64,000 nucleotides of DNA from Octopus sinensis (GCF_006345805.1 NC_042999.1:149234001-149298000), one strand, 5' to 3'; positions 1 to 12,983 are shown, numbered from the stretch's first letter. Numbers and translations: made by a program. The notes: generated by a model from the letters alone, not told the origin.

Positions 1-180
1 TTTTCTTTTTGAGCTTTACAACTTATAATTTATTACCTCCGCCTTAGTGAAGGCAGAGGTATTGTTTTCAGTCATGTTTGTTTGTTTGTTTGTCTGTGGA
101 CAAGATATCTCAAGAACCACTAGATGGATTTGGATGAAACTTTCAGGCGTGTTTGGCCTCATGACTGGCATGAACTGTGA

Positions 181-436
181 GTGGATTTGGTAGACAGAAA
201 TTGAAAGAAGCCCATCATATATACATATATATATATAAGATATTTGTGTCTGTGTTTGTTCCCCAACCATCGCTTGACAACCAATGTTGGTGTGTTTATG
301 TCCATGTAACTTAGCGGTTCAGCAAAAGAGACCGATAGAATAAATACTAGGCTTACAAAGAATAAGTCCTGGGGACGATTTGTTCGACTAAAGGCAGTGC
401 TCCAGCATGGCCACAGTCAAATGAATGAAAACAAAG
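181..436 (+). mobile_element. SINE family B, 5'-truncated copy
   Basis: Matches the body and tail of the full copy at 8577-8950 (gtggatttggtagac...gcttacaaagaataagtcctgggg...ccagcatggccacagtcaaatg). Confidence 0.85.
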
Positions 437-1052
437 GGCAGCCAGTCTGGGAACTGAAACTACAATCTCACAATTGTGAGTGGAACATGCCTAACTGCTA
501 GGCCACACAACTTCACACACACAATTCTTTTTGGGAATAGTGGACCTTGAAGCAAATAAGGCTATAAATAATAACATTTAAGTATTGAGCTCCAGCATTC
601 TTTGACTTTTTCTATCCAAAACGTTCTTTCTTTTTTAGCATGCTATTATTATTATTATAGCTTTAGTTGCTTCAAGATTCACCATTCCAAGAAAGAATTA
701 TTTTGATACCATCAATAAATATATATGTATTTAATCATTATTTTCATAGGTGCTTTTTGTACCCCAGTAGGAGTTGGATGAAATTTCATAGAGGGAGCAG
801 TATTCTATATATATGATGGGCTTCTTTCAGTTTCCATCCACCAAATCAACCCACAAGGCTTTGGTTGGCCCAAGACTATAGTAGAAAACACTTGCCCAAG
901 GTTTCACATGGTGGGACTGAACTCGGAACCATGTGCTTGGGAAGCAAACTTCTTGTTACATGTAGCCTTCACCCATCAAAATGAAACACCTGACTAAACA
1001 CTTATAGTGATTGTTTTGTTTTTCTCAGTCTCAATTATACATTCTGCTACTC

Positions 1053-1684
1053 TTTTACTTGTTTCAGTCATTTGACTATGGCCATGCTGGAGCACCGCCT
1101 TTAGTCGAGCACATCGACCCCCAAGACTTATTCTTTGTAAGCCTAGTACTTATTCTATCAGTCTTTTTTGCCGAACCGCTAAGTTACAAGGATGTAAGCA
1201 CACCAGCATCGGTTGTCAAGCGATGTTGGGGGGACAAACACAGACATACATACACACACAACACACTCATATCTATAAAGCGAGCTGGCAGACACGTTAG
1301 CGCGCCGGGCGAAATGCTTAGCGGTATTTCGTCTGTCGTTATGTTCTGAGTTCAAATTCCGCCGAGGTCGACTTTGCCTTTCATACTTTCGGGGTCGATA
1401 AATAAAGTACCAGTTTCACACTAGGGTCGATGTAATTGACTTAATCCCTTTGTCTGTACTTGTTTGTCCCTTGTGGGCAATAAAGAAAAAAAAATATATA
1501 TATATATATGCACACACATACGACGGGCTTCTTTCAGTTTCCATCAACCAAATCCACTCACAAGGCTTTGGTTGGTCCAAGGCTATAGTAGAAAACACTT
1601 GCCCAAAGTGCCACGTGGTGGGACTGAACCCAGAACCAAGTAGTTTGTAAGCAAGCTACTTACCATACAGCCACTCCTACGCCT
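1053..1684 (-). mobile_element. SINE family B, full length, interrupted by a family A copy
   Basis: Head (rc aggcgtaggagtggctgtatggtaag) ends at about 1684 and the tail is at about 1053. The central TA/CA microsatellite is split by family A at 1279-1490. Confidence 0.85.
1279..1490 (+). mobile_element. SINE family A nested in family B
   Basis: gcgagctggcagacacgttagc (box A-like), gagttcaaattcc (box B), the central gcctttcatactttcggggtcgataaa domain and the gggcaataaagaaa tail. Confidence 0.9.
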
Positions 1685-1708
1685 ACAGTAATGTTTGTCT
1701 CTCATTAC

Positions 1709-1833
1709 TTCAGGTTTGATAAGAGAATCACCAGTAATTACACCATTTTGTAACTTTTGGTTCCAAGTTCTAATCCATGTAAGGTTCACCTTGTAATCTT
1801 TCAAGGTTGATAAAATACATACTGGTAATTGTA
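1709..1833 (-). CDS. Candidate internal exon (QLPVCILSTLKDYKVNLTWIRTWNQKLQNGVITGDSLIKPE), product unknown
   Basis: Non-repetitive, open in one frame, cccag acceptor and GAA|gtaatg donor. The acceptor is weak and no homolog is recognised. Confidence 0.25.
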
Positions 1834-3883
1834 CTGGGCTGAATTTAAGTCAGCCGAACACTTTCCAAACAAAATTAAAATTTATGACCAGTATAAACAC
1901 GTAAACTTTGAAAACTATTCCTGTCTTTCAATAACAACAGCAACCACCACCACAACAATAACAAATGATCAGCGTTGCTACACACACCCAGGTCTCTTGT
2001 CTATAGTTTACTTTTAGCTTGATATTCAATAGAAGAACTTGTTTAACAGCTGCACCTACTAAATATCAAATGATTAAAATCTTTACACTCAGCATTGTTT
2101 CAGCATATTTACAGCATATTTAACTTGGGGCAGGAGTGACTGGGATTGAGGTGGAGCTCATCTTTTACTTAACAATCACATATGGCTGCAGCTATTGCCA
2201 CTGATTAAGAGACTTTACACTGCATTGTTGTTGACTGATCGAAAAGGTCTTCACAATCATGGTATACCCTGCAGCCCAATGATTTCCTCCATGAACCAAA
2301 GAATGGAGTCTCTTGTTTAAATGCAAACCTCCAGGATAGTGAAGAGGAGGAACCATCATCAACATCCTCCAAATTCTATTTTCCATGCTGGCATGGGTTG
2401 GGTAGTTTGACAGCAACTGGTCGGTCGGAGAACTGTCCAGGCTCCAATTGTCTGTTTTGGTATGTTTTCTATGGCTAGGTGCCCTTCCTAGCACCAACCA
2501 CTTTACTTTTTGTGTGGAACTGGCATGGGTGCTTTTTACATGGTGCCATTATGCAGCTTTTTATATGACACTCTCATGGATCTGTTATATGTCACTCTAG
2601 TATGGATGCTTAATAAGTGGCATCAGTATGAATGTTTGTTTATGTGGTACCAGCATGGGCACTTTTTACATGACACTGGCACCATATTTTTTGATTTCAA
2701 ATTATATAACAAGCTAGATGTCACACAGCTGAGTTTATGATTTAGTGACTCAAGTATACACTCAAGATTAGGGGAAGGAAAGAGATACCTTATTTTTATC
2801 AATATTAAATTGCATTTTTATCTTATCATAACTCTGTTGAATGATAAATGGTAATGATAAATATAATTCTGAGCTGCAGGGGGCTTCATGAAGCCTGCGC
2901 TTAACTTAGAGCTCTGTAATATAAACCAGAGAGTCAATTGCGGTTAATATTTCCAGAAGATCAATGTCCCACTGAATATACAAGTGCCACAGAAAACTTC
3001 ATCTAAATATAGTACCAAGTATCAGTCTCCTTCGTTATATCAACAGGAGGTGTTAAAGTAAGGTAACTAAACACAAGGTACCTATTTACCGCTAAGTGGA
3101 ATGTGACATTTAAGTAACAGGTGTTTTGACAATTGATGCATAAAACTCACCCAGCCATAGTGTCTGTCTCAACTTAAGCCAACCGAGAAGTTTCTCTGCC
3201 AGTGGCTTCTCCTATTTCTCTAATCTCGTCACACTATTTCTCTACACATAAGTTACGTGACTTCCTTGCCTTACTCCAATAGAGAAAATAAGTTCTGGAG
3301 CAAAATCCTCTATGCCCTTAGTGCATTTTGGCATTCTCTCTGCACTGCTCTGTTGTTAGAATTAGGGCCCCTGCTACATTGGCTTGGGAACAGAGGGTGC
3401 AGGGAATGTGCTTGCACCTGATAATTTTTTGTTTGGAGGTGTGTTAATGAAAATCTTTTGAACATCCTCCTGAAGAACAGGGTTTGCATCCCTTAGGCAA
3501 ATTTTGTTGCCAAGGTTGACTATGCCTCTGCATGTGTATCAGCCATCCTGGCAAGATCTTTTTTTCGGAAGACTGATGGTTTTTATGTATACAGTCTCCC
3601 AACATCCATAGTTTATATCCAAAGGAATGACTACCAACTTGGGTCAATACAGTTTGGCATTGGTGTTATCTCAGGTAACCTGTCTAATAGTCTTGCCAAT
3701 CCACTGTCCTGGATTTGTACTTTTCTATTGGTCTTAGAAAGGATGGAAGTCAAAGTTGACCTCAGTGGGGTTTGAGCATAGAATGCAGAGAGCTAGAACA
3801 AATACTGCAAGGCATTCTGACATTAACAAGTCAATGCACACACACACACTATATAACATACATACATGTAAGCATATATATAT

Positions 3884-4118
3884 ATTTATTCCTTTATTGC
3901 CCACAGGGAGCTAAACATAGAGGAGACAAACAAGGACAGACAAAGAGATTAAGTTGATGACATCGACCCCAGTGCATAACTGGTACCTATTTAGTCAATC
4001 TCGAAAGGATCAAAGGCAAAGTTGACCTTGATGGAATTTGAACTCAGAACGTAGCGGCAGACAAAATACCGCTAAGCATTTTGCCTGGGGTGCTAACGAT
4101 TCTGCCAGCTCGCCACCC
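3884..4118 (-). mobile_element. SINE family A (A1 tail variant)
   Basis: Full head-to-tail match to the other A copies on the minus strand. Confidence 0.9.
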
Positions 4119-4284
4119 TAATATACATGCATATGCAATTCAACACATACACACATTATATACACAGCATACATACATACAAGCATACCAATATTAAACA
4201 AATAAGCATACATACAAAGATATACATATATGCTTATGTGTTACCTCCACCCCAACACCACATTTTTACAAACTTCCACTTTAC

Positions 4285-4361
4285 AGTCCAGATTGTAAGA
4301 GTAATTGTAATTCATTTTGAGTGTTGCCTGGGGTCTTTCAATGATCACATCAACTCTACCT
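4285..4361 (-). CDS. Candidate internal exon (GRVDVIIERPQATLKMNYNYSYNLD), product unknown
   Basis: cactttag acceptor, T|gtaaag donor, open frame. Splice sites were chosen partly for phase compatibility. Confidence 0.2.
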
Positions 4362-4467
4362 CTAAAGTGTTGCCATATCAAATAAATACAATAGATCAAA
4401 AAGAATTCCTCATTGCTTTGCTTAACAGTTAGATAATGCCAAATGTACCCCTTACTTAGTGATTTAA

Positions 4468-4687
4468 TCCTTTAGTGTTTAAATCGGCCATATCCGGCCA
4501 AAATATTCTACCTATTTTATATTCAAACTACTCAGATATGGTCATTCATAGCTATCTTATTGTGTCATTTTAAAAATAAAGAATCACATCATTGAAATCT
4601 CAAAGCCATGAAATGATGCAAGATTAAATTTACATGGTGTGAATACATAAGCTTTACATTTTACAGAATAATCTGAATGCTAAAGGG
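4468..4687. mobile_element. piggyBac-type MITE
   Basis: TTAA at 4464-4467 and 4688-4691. Ends tcctttagtgtt / aatgctaaaggg. Same family as 41618-41848, in opposite orientation. Confidence 0.8.
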
Positions 4688-4818
4688 TTAACTGGCTGCA
4701 ACTGGTATATCAAGCATGAGAAGTCTAAGTAAAAGATACAGACAGAGGAATTAACACTATATGTAAATTAGACTTAGGAGAGATAAAGATAAAAAGAAAC
4801 CAACTATTTATAATAGAC

Positions 4819-5549
4819 CAGTGCTTCTCACGCTATCTGATGTGGCATACCAGCAGGTTTTTTTTCCAATGTGCCATGGACCGGTAATATTTCTTAGTAA
4901 TATTAATTTATACTGGAAACAATATATATAATGAATATAATAAAAGTTGATGATTTTTTTAATCGTGTATTTATTTTGTAAACAAATAATATAATATTCT
5001 TTTCTACTCTAGGCACAAGGCCTGAAATTTGTGGGGAGGGGGCCAGTCGATTAGATCAATCTCAGCACGCAGCTAATACTTAATTTATTGACCACGAAAG
5101 AATGAAAGGTAAAGTTGGCCTTGGCGGAATTTGAACTCAGAACATGAAGACAGATGAAATACCGCTAAGCATTTCACCCGGCTTGCTAACGTTTCTGCCA
5201 GCTTGCCACCTTTGATAGGAAATATGTTCTTTTCTACTCTAGGCACAAGGCCCGAAATTTTTGAGGAGTGGGGCCAGTCAATTATATTGACCCCAGTATG
5301 CAACTGGCACTTAATTTATCAACCCCGAAAGGATGAAAGGCAAAGTCAACTTTGGTGGAATATAAACTCAGAATGTAAAATAGATGAAATACCACTAAGC
5401 ATGCTAACATTTTTCCCAGCTCACCGCCTTACAAATAATACAATATTACAAAAAGCGTTTTATGTTTTTTTCTTTTCTGGAAACTCGCCGTGTACCAGCA
5501 ATTGATGGCTCGCAGACCGGCACCAGTTTGTGGACTTTGAGAAGCACTG
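4819..5549. mobile_element. hAT-type MITE carrying two nested family A SINEs
   Basis: Perfect 12-bp TIR cagtgcttctca / tgagaagcactg. 8-bp flanks taatagac / tacaagac (6/8) fit a decayed hAT TSD. SINE A copies at about 5000-5205 and 5228-5430. Confidence 0.8.
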
Positions 5550-5809
5550 TACAAGACAACGCTACAATAGAGAGAAGAAATTTGGTTTTATTTTTAATAT
5601 TTTTTTTCACCAGTCTGTCCACAAGGTGATTAATGATTATTCATTTCTTTGGTAAACAAAATAGTTTGAAACTTAAGTAATTCTAATCTTAAATGAGATT
5701 AGTTTACACACACACACACACATTTTACATATCTTAGTCAGTAGAGTATGGCAGTGTTGGGGAACCACTGTGAAGTGTTTACTCAAACAAATCAACACCA
5801 CTATTTATA

Positions 5810-6142
5810 TTAAAGCCTAGTACCTATTCTGGTGGTCTCTCATATGACACTCTATTGGTAATGACAAAGGTTCCAACTGATCCAATCAATAGAGCAGCCT
5901 GCTCATGAAATTAATGTGCAAATAGCTGAGCACTCCACATACACGTATATCTTTAATGTAGTTCTCAGAGAGATTCGGCATGATATAGAATGAGGTAAGG
6001 CTGGTCCCATTTTTGCTACCTGAGTGGACTGAAGCAATGTGAAATAAAGTGTCTTGCTGAAGGACACAACAGACCACTAGGAATTGAACCCACGACCTTA
6101 AGATCATAAGCCAAACACCCTAACCACTAATCCATGCACCTT
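5810..6142 (-). mobile_element. SINE family D-related copy
   Basis: tRNA-like head (rc gaaggtgcatggattagtggttagggtg...ggttcaattcct) followed by the gcaagacactttatttcacattgcttcagtccactcag domain. Confidence 0.75.
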
Positions 6143-6289
6143 CCTCTATCTATCTGTCTGTCTGTCTATATATACACGTAAAAGCATTCATAACACTCTT
6201 GGATTGGTTGGTAAAAGAAGTAGAATAAAGTTTTTACATATGTATATGTTTATACAACACTATGTATATAGCCATCATCTATATATCAT

Positions 6290-6498
6290 CATCATCGTTT
6301 AACATCTGCTTTCCATGCTGGCATGGGTTGGACGGTTTGACTCCGGTCTGTCAAGCCAGTGGGCTGCACCAGGCTCAATCTGATCTGGAAATGTTTCTAC
6401 ATCTTGATGCCCTTCCTAATGCCAACCACTCTGAGAGTGTAGTGGATGCTTTATACATGCCACCAGCACAGGAGCCAGTCAGGGGGCACTGGCATCAA

Positions 6499-6500
<2 letters not shown>
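6290..6500 (-). mobile_element. RTE LINE 3'UTR fragment (family C)
   Basis: rc of ttaggaagggcatc...aacccatgccagcatggaaagcagatgttaaacgatgatgatgat. Confidence 0.8.
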
Positions 6501-6546
<46 letters not shown>

Positions 6547-6553
6547 CATACAT

Positions 6554-6588
<35 letters not shown>

Positions 6589-6590
6589 TA
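6500..6590. repeat. Compound (TA)n-(TACA)n-(CA)n microsatellite
   Basis: Directly visible. It generates the YIYI/HTHT ORFs. Confidence 0.95.
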
Positions 6591-6799
6591 CGTACACTCT
6601 CTTTCTCTTACCAGTGTGTACACACACACATGCATGTATGTATGTATATATGTATAAAGTAAAGAAAGCAACTGGTAAAATATGGACTACAAGCCAATAG
6701 TGCATATTTCAGTAAGCTTATTGTACCATTTTTACCTAAATTCCTCATGATCATGTTTACAAAATCAAATCAAAAAGGTAACACAGCATCCATGATTTT

Positions 6800-7070
6800 C
6801 GGAAACAATTTTTCATGCTCAGAATTGCTGAGGTGTGGAATAAACTATCCACATCAGTAGTTGACTGTCAGGTCACTGCATTCTTCAAAACTTCCAAGCT
6901 TCAAGAAATTCACCAGTAGTACACTTGGTGCCCCCCACCCACACCTTTTTAGCAACTCATTCATTGTTCATTTCCAGTGCATTATTCTATGTGCTGTTCA
7001 TGCACTTTTAACTACTTTTTTCTGTTGAGTTGCAGTGCACTTGAGCACTGTATACAATAATCACATTATT
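6800..7070 (+). mobile_element. CR1/L2-type LINE 3' end
   Basis: 6800-6919 translates RKQFFMLRIAEVWNKLSTSVVDCQVTAFFKTSKLQEIHQ*, resembling the FFxxRVxxxWNxLP C-terminus of CR1-clade ORF2. A putative 3'UTR follows. Confidence 0.7.
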
Positions 7071-7284
7071 AAAGGCAGTGAGCTGGCAGAATTGTTAGCA
7101 CGCCGAATGAAATGCTTAGCAGTATTTTGTCTATCTTTATGTTCTGAGTTCAAATTCCACCGAGGTCAACTATGCTTTTCATTCTTTCGGGAGTCAATAA
7201 ATTAAGTAAGCTACTTACCACAGCAATTCCTGCACACACACACACACACACATATATATACGTATACACACATACATACACATG

Positions 7285-7605
7285 GTGAAGGTGTATGGCT
7301 CAATGGTTAGAGTGTCAGGCTTACAATCATGAGGTAGTTAGTTCGATTCCTGGACTGGGCTGTGTGTTGTGCTCTTGAGCAAGGCGCTTAACTTCACATT
7401 GCTCCAGTTCACTCAGCTGTAGAAATAAGTTGTGATGTCACTGGTGCCAAGCTGTACTGCCCTTTGCCTTACCCTTGGATAATATCAGTGGTATGGAGAG
7501 GAGAAGCTGGTATGCATGGGCGACTGCAAGTCTACCATAAACAACTTTGTCCAGACTTGTACCTGAGATTGAAACTTTCTAAGTGCTATCTTACATACCA
7601 AATGT
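7285..7605 (+). mobile_element. SINE family D, older copy
   Basis: Diverged, CpG-depleted homolog of 50385-50720. Confidence 0.85.
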
Positions 7606-7815
7606 TTTTCTGCGACGCACACACTCAAACACACACGTGTGAGCGTATACAAGTAATGTTTGTACATATATGCAGCTGTGACCCTTAAGAAATCAGCATA
7701 CCTACAAAGGTATCCCCTGTTAAGGTATTTAATTCCTTCAGGAAGTTAAGGCATTTTAATTCCTTGGGGGAGGAGGGATTTAGGGGAAGCAGGGAACAGT
7801 ACAAACTCACCTTAC

Positions 7816-7901
7816 CTCCCAACACAACAAATATTTATATTGTTATGTCCCACCCCACTCATAACTTCTGTCTGTACTTTTCCCTTGACAAACATCTGAA
7901 C
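7816..7901 (-). CDS. Candidate internal exon (VQMFVKGKVQTEVMSGVGHNNINICCVG)
   Basis: T-rich ...tttttttatatgtag acceptor, GAG|gtaagg donor, open frame phase 0 to 2. No homolog recognised. Confidence 0.2.
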
Positions 7902-7980
7902 CTACATATAAAAAAAAGGGGCTGGTTTCTTATACATTTTTTTAGTTTTAGGCAAAATATATTTTACAAGGGAATGGGGA

Positions 7981-8029
<49 letters not shown>

Positions 8030-8576
8030 AAGATTCCTTTTCTTCTTCCTCCTCCCAAATGTCCCTAATCCATCTGTTTTTATTAGGGAAGAAAAAGGTA
8101 TCTAATCTTATGACCCCTTGCTCTGTAAGAGGTTAGCTAGAGTTAGTGATGTGACATGGTTGTGGTGCTTCCTTTTCCTGGTTGTGTACAGGTAATGTTT
8201 GTGGGGTTGTTCTAGCATTAAGGATGCGGTGGTAGTGTTACTGGTACTTTTACAGTGTAGCTGACGGTGTTACTGTGTTGCCAGTTGTGTTACAATGTTG
8301 GTGATGGTGTTACAGTGTTGTTGTCGAAAGTGGTAGTAGTATTAGTAGCTGCTAGTGGTATTATAGTATTGGTAGTTGTTGATAATGGCAGTGTTATAGT
8401 ATTGGTTGTTGTTGATAGTGGCAGTGTTATAGCATAGGTAGTTGTTGATGGTGTCAGCTACAATCCTGTTGGTGGTGTTGCAGTGTTGCTTGGTGCTAGA
8501 CTGATGCATGTGATGTTACAGTGTTGTTAGTGCCATTAGGGAAGTGATGACAATGATCTGGTGTGGGTGTGTTACT

Positions 8577-8950
8577 AGGCGTAGGAGTGGCTGTGTGGTA
8601 AGTAGCTTGCTTACCAACCACATGGTTCCGGGTTCAGTCCCACTGCGTGACACTTTGGGCTGACCAAAGCCTTGTGAGTGGATTTGGTAGACAGAAACTG
8701 AAAGAAGCCCGTCATATATATGTATATATATATATATGTGTGTGCTTGTGTGTCTGTGTTTACCCTCCCCCCAACATCGCTTGGCAACTGATGCTGGTGT
8801 GTTTACGTCCCCGTAACTTAGCAGTTCGGCAAAAGAGACCAATAGAATAATTACTAGGCTTACAAAGAATAAGTCCGGGGTCGATTTGCTTGACTAAAAG
8901 GTGGTACTCCAGCATGGCCGCAGTCAAAAGACTGAAACAAGTAAAAAGAG
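8577..8950 (+). mobile_element. SINE family B, full length (reference copy)
   Basis: tRNA-like head aggcgtaggagtggctgtgtggtaag...gggttcagtccc, central microsatellite, tail ...gactgaaacaagtaaaaagag. Confidence 0.9.
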
Positions 8951-9329
8951 CAACAGTGAAGTGGTGGCAGTGATGCTGGAGGTGTTGGTATTGGAAATGT
9001 GACAATCTATTGTTGTTTACCCTCGAGTCAACCCACACTGAGTCATCCTCCAATCAAAAACATTTCAGATATGACCATCCAAACTTTTACAGGATTATCT
9101 AAGATTACATTGTCCAACATCCTTTCTTGTTCTATCTGGTGAGGTTTGATTGGCGGGAGATTTGGCTGCTATTTCTTGCAGGCTGCACAATCAGAGGCTC
9201 CTCCTTCGGTTCATGATGTTATAGGTTTATGGTCAAGTGGAGTCATAATGGTATGTGATGGTAGTGTTAGCAACATGATTGTTGTTGGAGGTGATGTAGC
9301 AGTGTTATGGTATTACAGAGCCAGCAGGT

Positions 9330-9720
9330 GGTGGTCATGGTGGTGTTGTTGTTGTTGTTGTTGTTGTGGCAGTGTTGGTTCTTAGTGTTAGCAGTACACT
9401 TTGTTTTATTTTGTTCCTTTTATTCCATGGTTTCCTGGTTCTTACCACCACCACCACCACCACCACCACCTTTTTAGTAGTAGTAGTAGTAGTACTTACT
9501 ACTACAATAACCAACACCACCACAACTACCACAACTGTTCCACCCCACCCCCATCACCACTACTACTACAACTGCAACCATCACCACACCACTAAAGCCA
9601 CAACCACTACCATCACCACCACCATTACAACCACAGCAACTACCATCACCACGACTACTACTACAATGCAGCCACCACTGCCCCAACCACCACCACCACC
9701 ACCATTACTACTACTTGTCT
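9330..9720. repeat. Compound trinucleotide array (GTT/ACC/AGT/ACT)
   Basis: Directly visible. It explains the poly-T/V/H ORFs. Confidence 0.9.
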
Positions 9721-10059
9721 ATTCCTAAAGGTAATTTCAAGAAAGCAACACAGATTGCCCAAGATTTTACCTTTCTCATGTATTAAATTTATTTTTGTAT
9801 GAGTGTCTATGTGGGGTAGGGGAAGGGGGTGGCAAACCAGATGTTAATGCTGTTAGTCTCATTCCCCCCCTTCTCTTCTCTCTCTGTATTAACCAGAAGA
9901 AAGTGTGTATGTGTGGGGGAGATGTATTCCAACACACACACATACACACACACACAGAGCTGAAGAATAATATTATTTATCTAAACAGCAAAATATTATC
10001 ATTGAGAAGATCTGTTGTTTGGATAAATAACAGGAGAAAATTGAAAGAAAACAAAATAG

Positions 10060-10370
10060 ACAGATACATGTGAGAGAGAAAGAGAGAAGGGGAGAGAAGG
10101 AGAGAGAGGAGGAGAGAGAGAGGGAGAGAAGGAGAGAGAAGTGTCAGTGAGAGGTGGGAGAGAGAAAGAGGTTGATGAATTGAGGGAAATATATTGATAG
10201 AGAAAGAGGGAAGGAGAGAGAGAGAGAGAGAGGTGACATGTGACAGAGAGGTGATGAGTGACAGTGTGTTTGTATGTGTGTGTATGTGAGAGAGAGAGAG
10301 AGAGAGAGAGAAAGAGACATTGTTAGGGGGAGAGAGAATGATGGCAGATAAGAGAAAAAGAAAAGACTGA
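10060..10370. repeat. GA-rich polypurine tract
   Basis: (GA)n and GGAGA-type runs. Confidence 0.9.
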
Positions 10371-10864
10371 TAAAGACAATCATGCAACAGATGTAGACTC
10401 CCACCACCTTCTACCTCCACCACCTGGCCAGCAGCACACTTTGAGACAGTTGCAGTATCCAAAGGAAAACAAAAAACAAAGTGTCACTCGAGTCTCAACG
10501 GAGTTCGGCTGTCCCTGTGAGTGAGACTTATGGAGCAGTTTCAGGTGTGCTTTAATGGTTGCTGTAATGAGATGTCAACCATCTGTAAAGTTAGCCCTGC
10601 TAGTAAGACAACCTTGTAGTTTCTCTCTCTCTCCCGATCATTTCTCTTTTTACGAAAGGGGAAATGAAACAGAGTTGATGTGGCACCCTCTCCTCATCAG
10701 ATAGGCTGTTATTTCTAGCAGGTTGAGTGACTGAGTGGAGGCTCTCTCGTTGTTTAGAAGTTTATAAAGTTTATAACAGCAGTGTTGGAAAAAGGTAAGG
10801 AGCCATTAAGAACAGTTAAAAGAAAGGGAGCAAAAGAAAAAAAAATTAAGCAAGATTAAATATA

Positions 10865-11097
10865 TATTTCTTTACTACCCACAAGGGTCTAAACATAGAG
10901 GGGACAAACAAGGACAGACAAACAGATTAAGTCGATTACATCAACCCCAGTGTGTAACTGGTACTTAATTTATTGACTCCGAAAGGATGAAAGGCAAAGT
11001 CGACCTCGGCGGAATTTGAATTCAGAACGTAACGGCAGACAAAATATGGCTACGCATTTCGCCTGGCGTGCTACTGGTTCTGCCAGCTCACCGCCTT
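10865..11097 (-). mobile_element. SINE family A (A1)
   Basis: Well-preserved full copy. Confidence 0.9.
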
Positions 11098-12577
11098 ACC
11101 AAGATTAAATATAAGTAACAGCTGAAAGTCTCTCATGAAAAGATGCTCACTCTAGAGTGTTTGAACTGTATGATATCTCAAAGGATACAAAACAAATTTT
11201 ATGCAGATAAGATGGGGAACTAATACTAGGAATTTCTAGAGGATAGAAGATTGTTGAACATTACATCAGCAACCTGTTGACAACTAAGGGATCACTGCCC
11301 TGAGAAGAGAAACCTTGTTTTTTTAGCTCAGCAAAGTTGTGTATAGGCAATTACAGAAAACCCAGTTTATAAAAGGTGATGGAAATCAAAGAGGGTCAGG
11401 GTTGTAGGGTGCTATAATTATACAATTATTTCATATAATGAAACGATAAAATAAGAAAGTATATAATTACACACACGAAAAAGGGAATTATATACAGTAT
11501 AAAACAGTAAAAAGAAAGAGGAAGCAAAAAAAAAAAGATGATAGTTTTGTGGTCCTCCTGATACAGGAGGACTTTCAGGATTAATTGAGCAACCTGCCAA
11601 CCAAAATCTTGAACACCCAGGGCAAATGCCCTCTCTAATTTCTTTTCTATATTGGCATGAGTTGGATAATTTCACAGGAGCTGGCAAGGCTAGGAGCTGC
11701 ACCAAGCTCCATTGTCTGTCTTGGCATAATTTCTATAGCTATTTTACAGAATGTACTGGGTGCTTTTTACAGGACACCAGTACCAGTAATTTTTACATAG
11801 CATCATCACTGACAGGGTCACCAAGTACATTATTACAAGACAAAAACTCTCAACTGGGAGGAAGGAGTAGTACTGAAGTGGAGGAGGCTTTGTGCCAGTT
11901 CAGACTTTAAAGATATATAGGAACAGAGATAGGAGTCTTGCTTGTTATTTCCACCTAAGCAAAGGTACTGTTTTCAGTTGTGTTTGTTTGTTTGTCTGTG
12001 GACAAGATAACTCAAGAACTGCTGGATGGATTTGGATGAAACTTTCAGGGATGTTTGGCCTCATGACTGACACAAACTGATTACATTTTGGGATCAATCC
12101 AGTACTGGACAAGGATATTGGATTATTTTTCCTGTTTTTTTTTTTCTACTTAATTTTTGAGAGCGGACGGGTTTGTTTTTGTGAGAGCAGTTGAGTTTAT
12201 TTCAGATATTCTCATTTTAAAAATCATCTCTGGCTAATTGTTGAGAGGACGTTGAGTGTTGCCTTCGCAGAGGTTTGTGCTCTCTGAGTGCTCTTGTTAC
12301 TATTATTATTTATTATTATTATTATTATCATCATTATTATTATTAAGGTGGTGAACTGGCAGATTTGTTAGTACACCAGGCAAAATGCTTAGTGACATTT
12401 TCCCAGCTTTTTACACTCTGAGTAGCTCCCTCCCAACAAAGTTTTAGGCCTTGTGCTTACAATAGAAAGGATTGTTTTTGTTACAGATATTATTATTATC
12501 ATTAAATGGAATACATTTTGTTCAAAAAGCTATAATTGCTCACTGAACTGAATGCATAACTAACTAACAATAAATAC

Positions 12578-12638
12578 CCAATGCGATTCACTGATATCAC
12601 AAACAGTTTTGTTTAAATAGCCATTGAAAACAACTTCA
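12578..12638 (-). CDS. Candidate internal exon (EVVFNGYLNKTVCDISESHW)
   Basis: Pyrimidine-rich gtcttgtctttgtattcattcag acceptor, TGG|gtattt donor, only one open frame. VVxxGYLxK loosely recalls the first strand of a PH domain (inference). Confidence 0.3.
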
Positions 12639-12931
12639 CTGAATGAATACAAAGACAAGACAGGTTAATAATAGTGAAAGAATATTATTATGGGCATCTT
12701 TAATTTTTGAAAGGAAAGGAAGAGGTACAAAAAGTGATGACCATCAATGTTGATAAGTTAATAAAAAGACTTTATTGTTAAAGCATTAATGATTATGCAT
12801 TTATTTAAGAAGCACAAAGATGTAGATAGATTTACATAAAAGGTGGGAAGTTGAGAGCATTGATTTCCCATAAACAACGAATGACTAATCAGGAACAACT
12901 CAACCATTGTATAATAACAGGAATAATAATA

Positions 12932-12983
<52 letters not shown>

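Noticed and set aside
11950-12290. Sequence shared with 40-180 (ggacaagat...tggatttggatgaaactttcagg)
   Set aside because: Clearly another interspersed repeat, but I could not define its ends or class; not a gene duplication.
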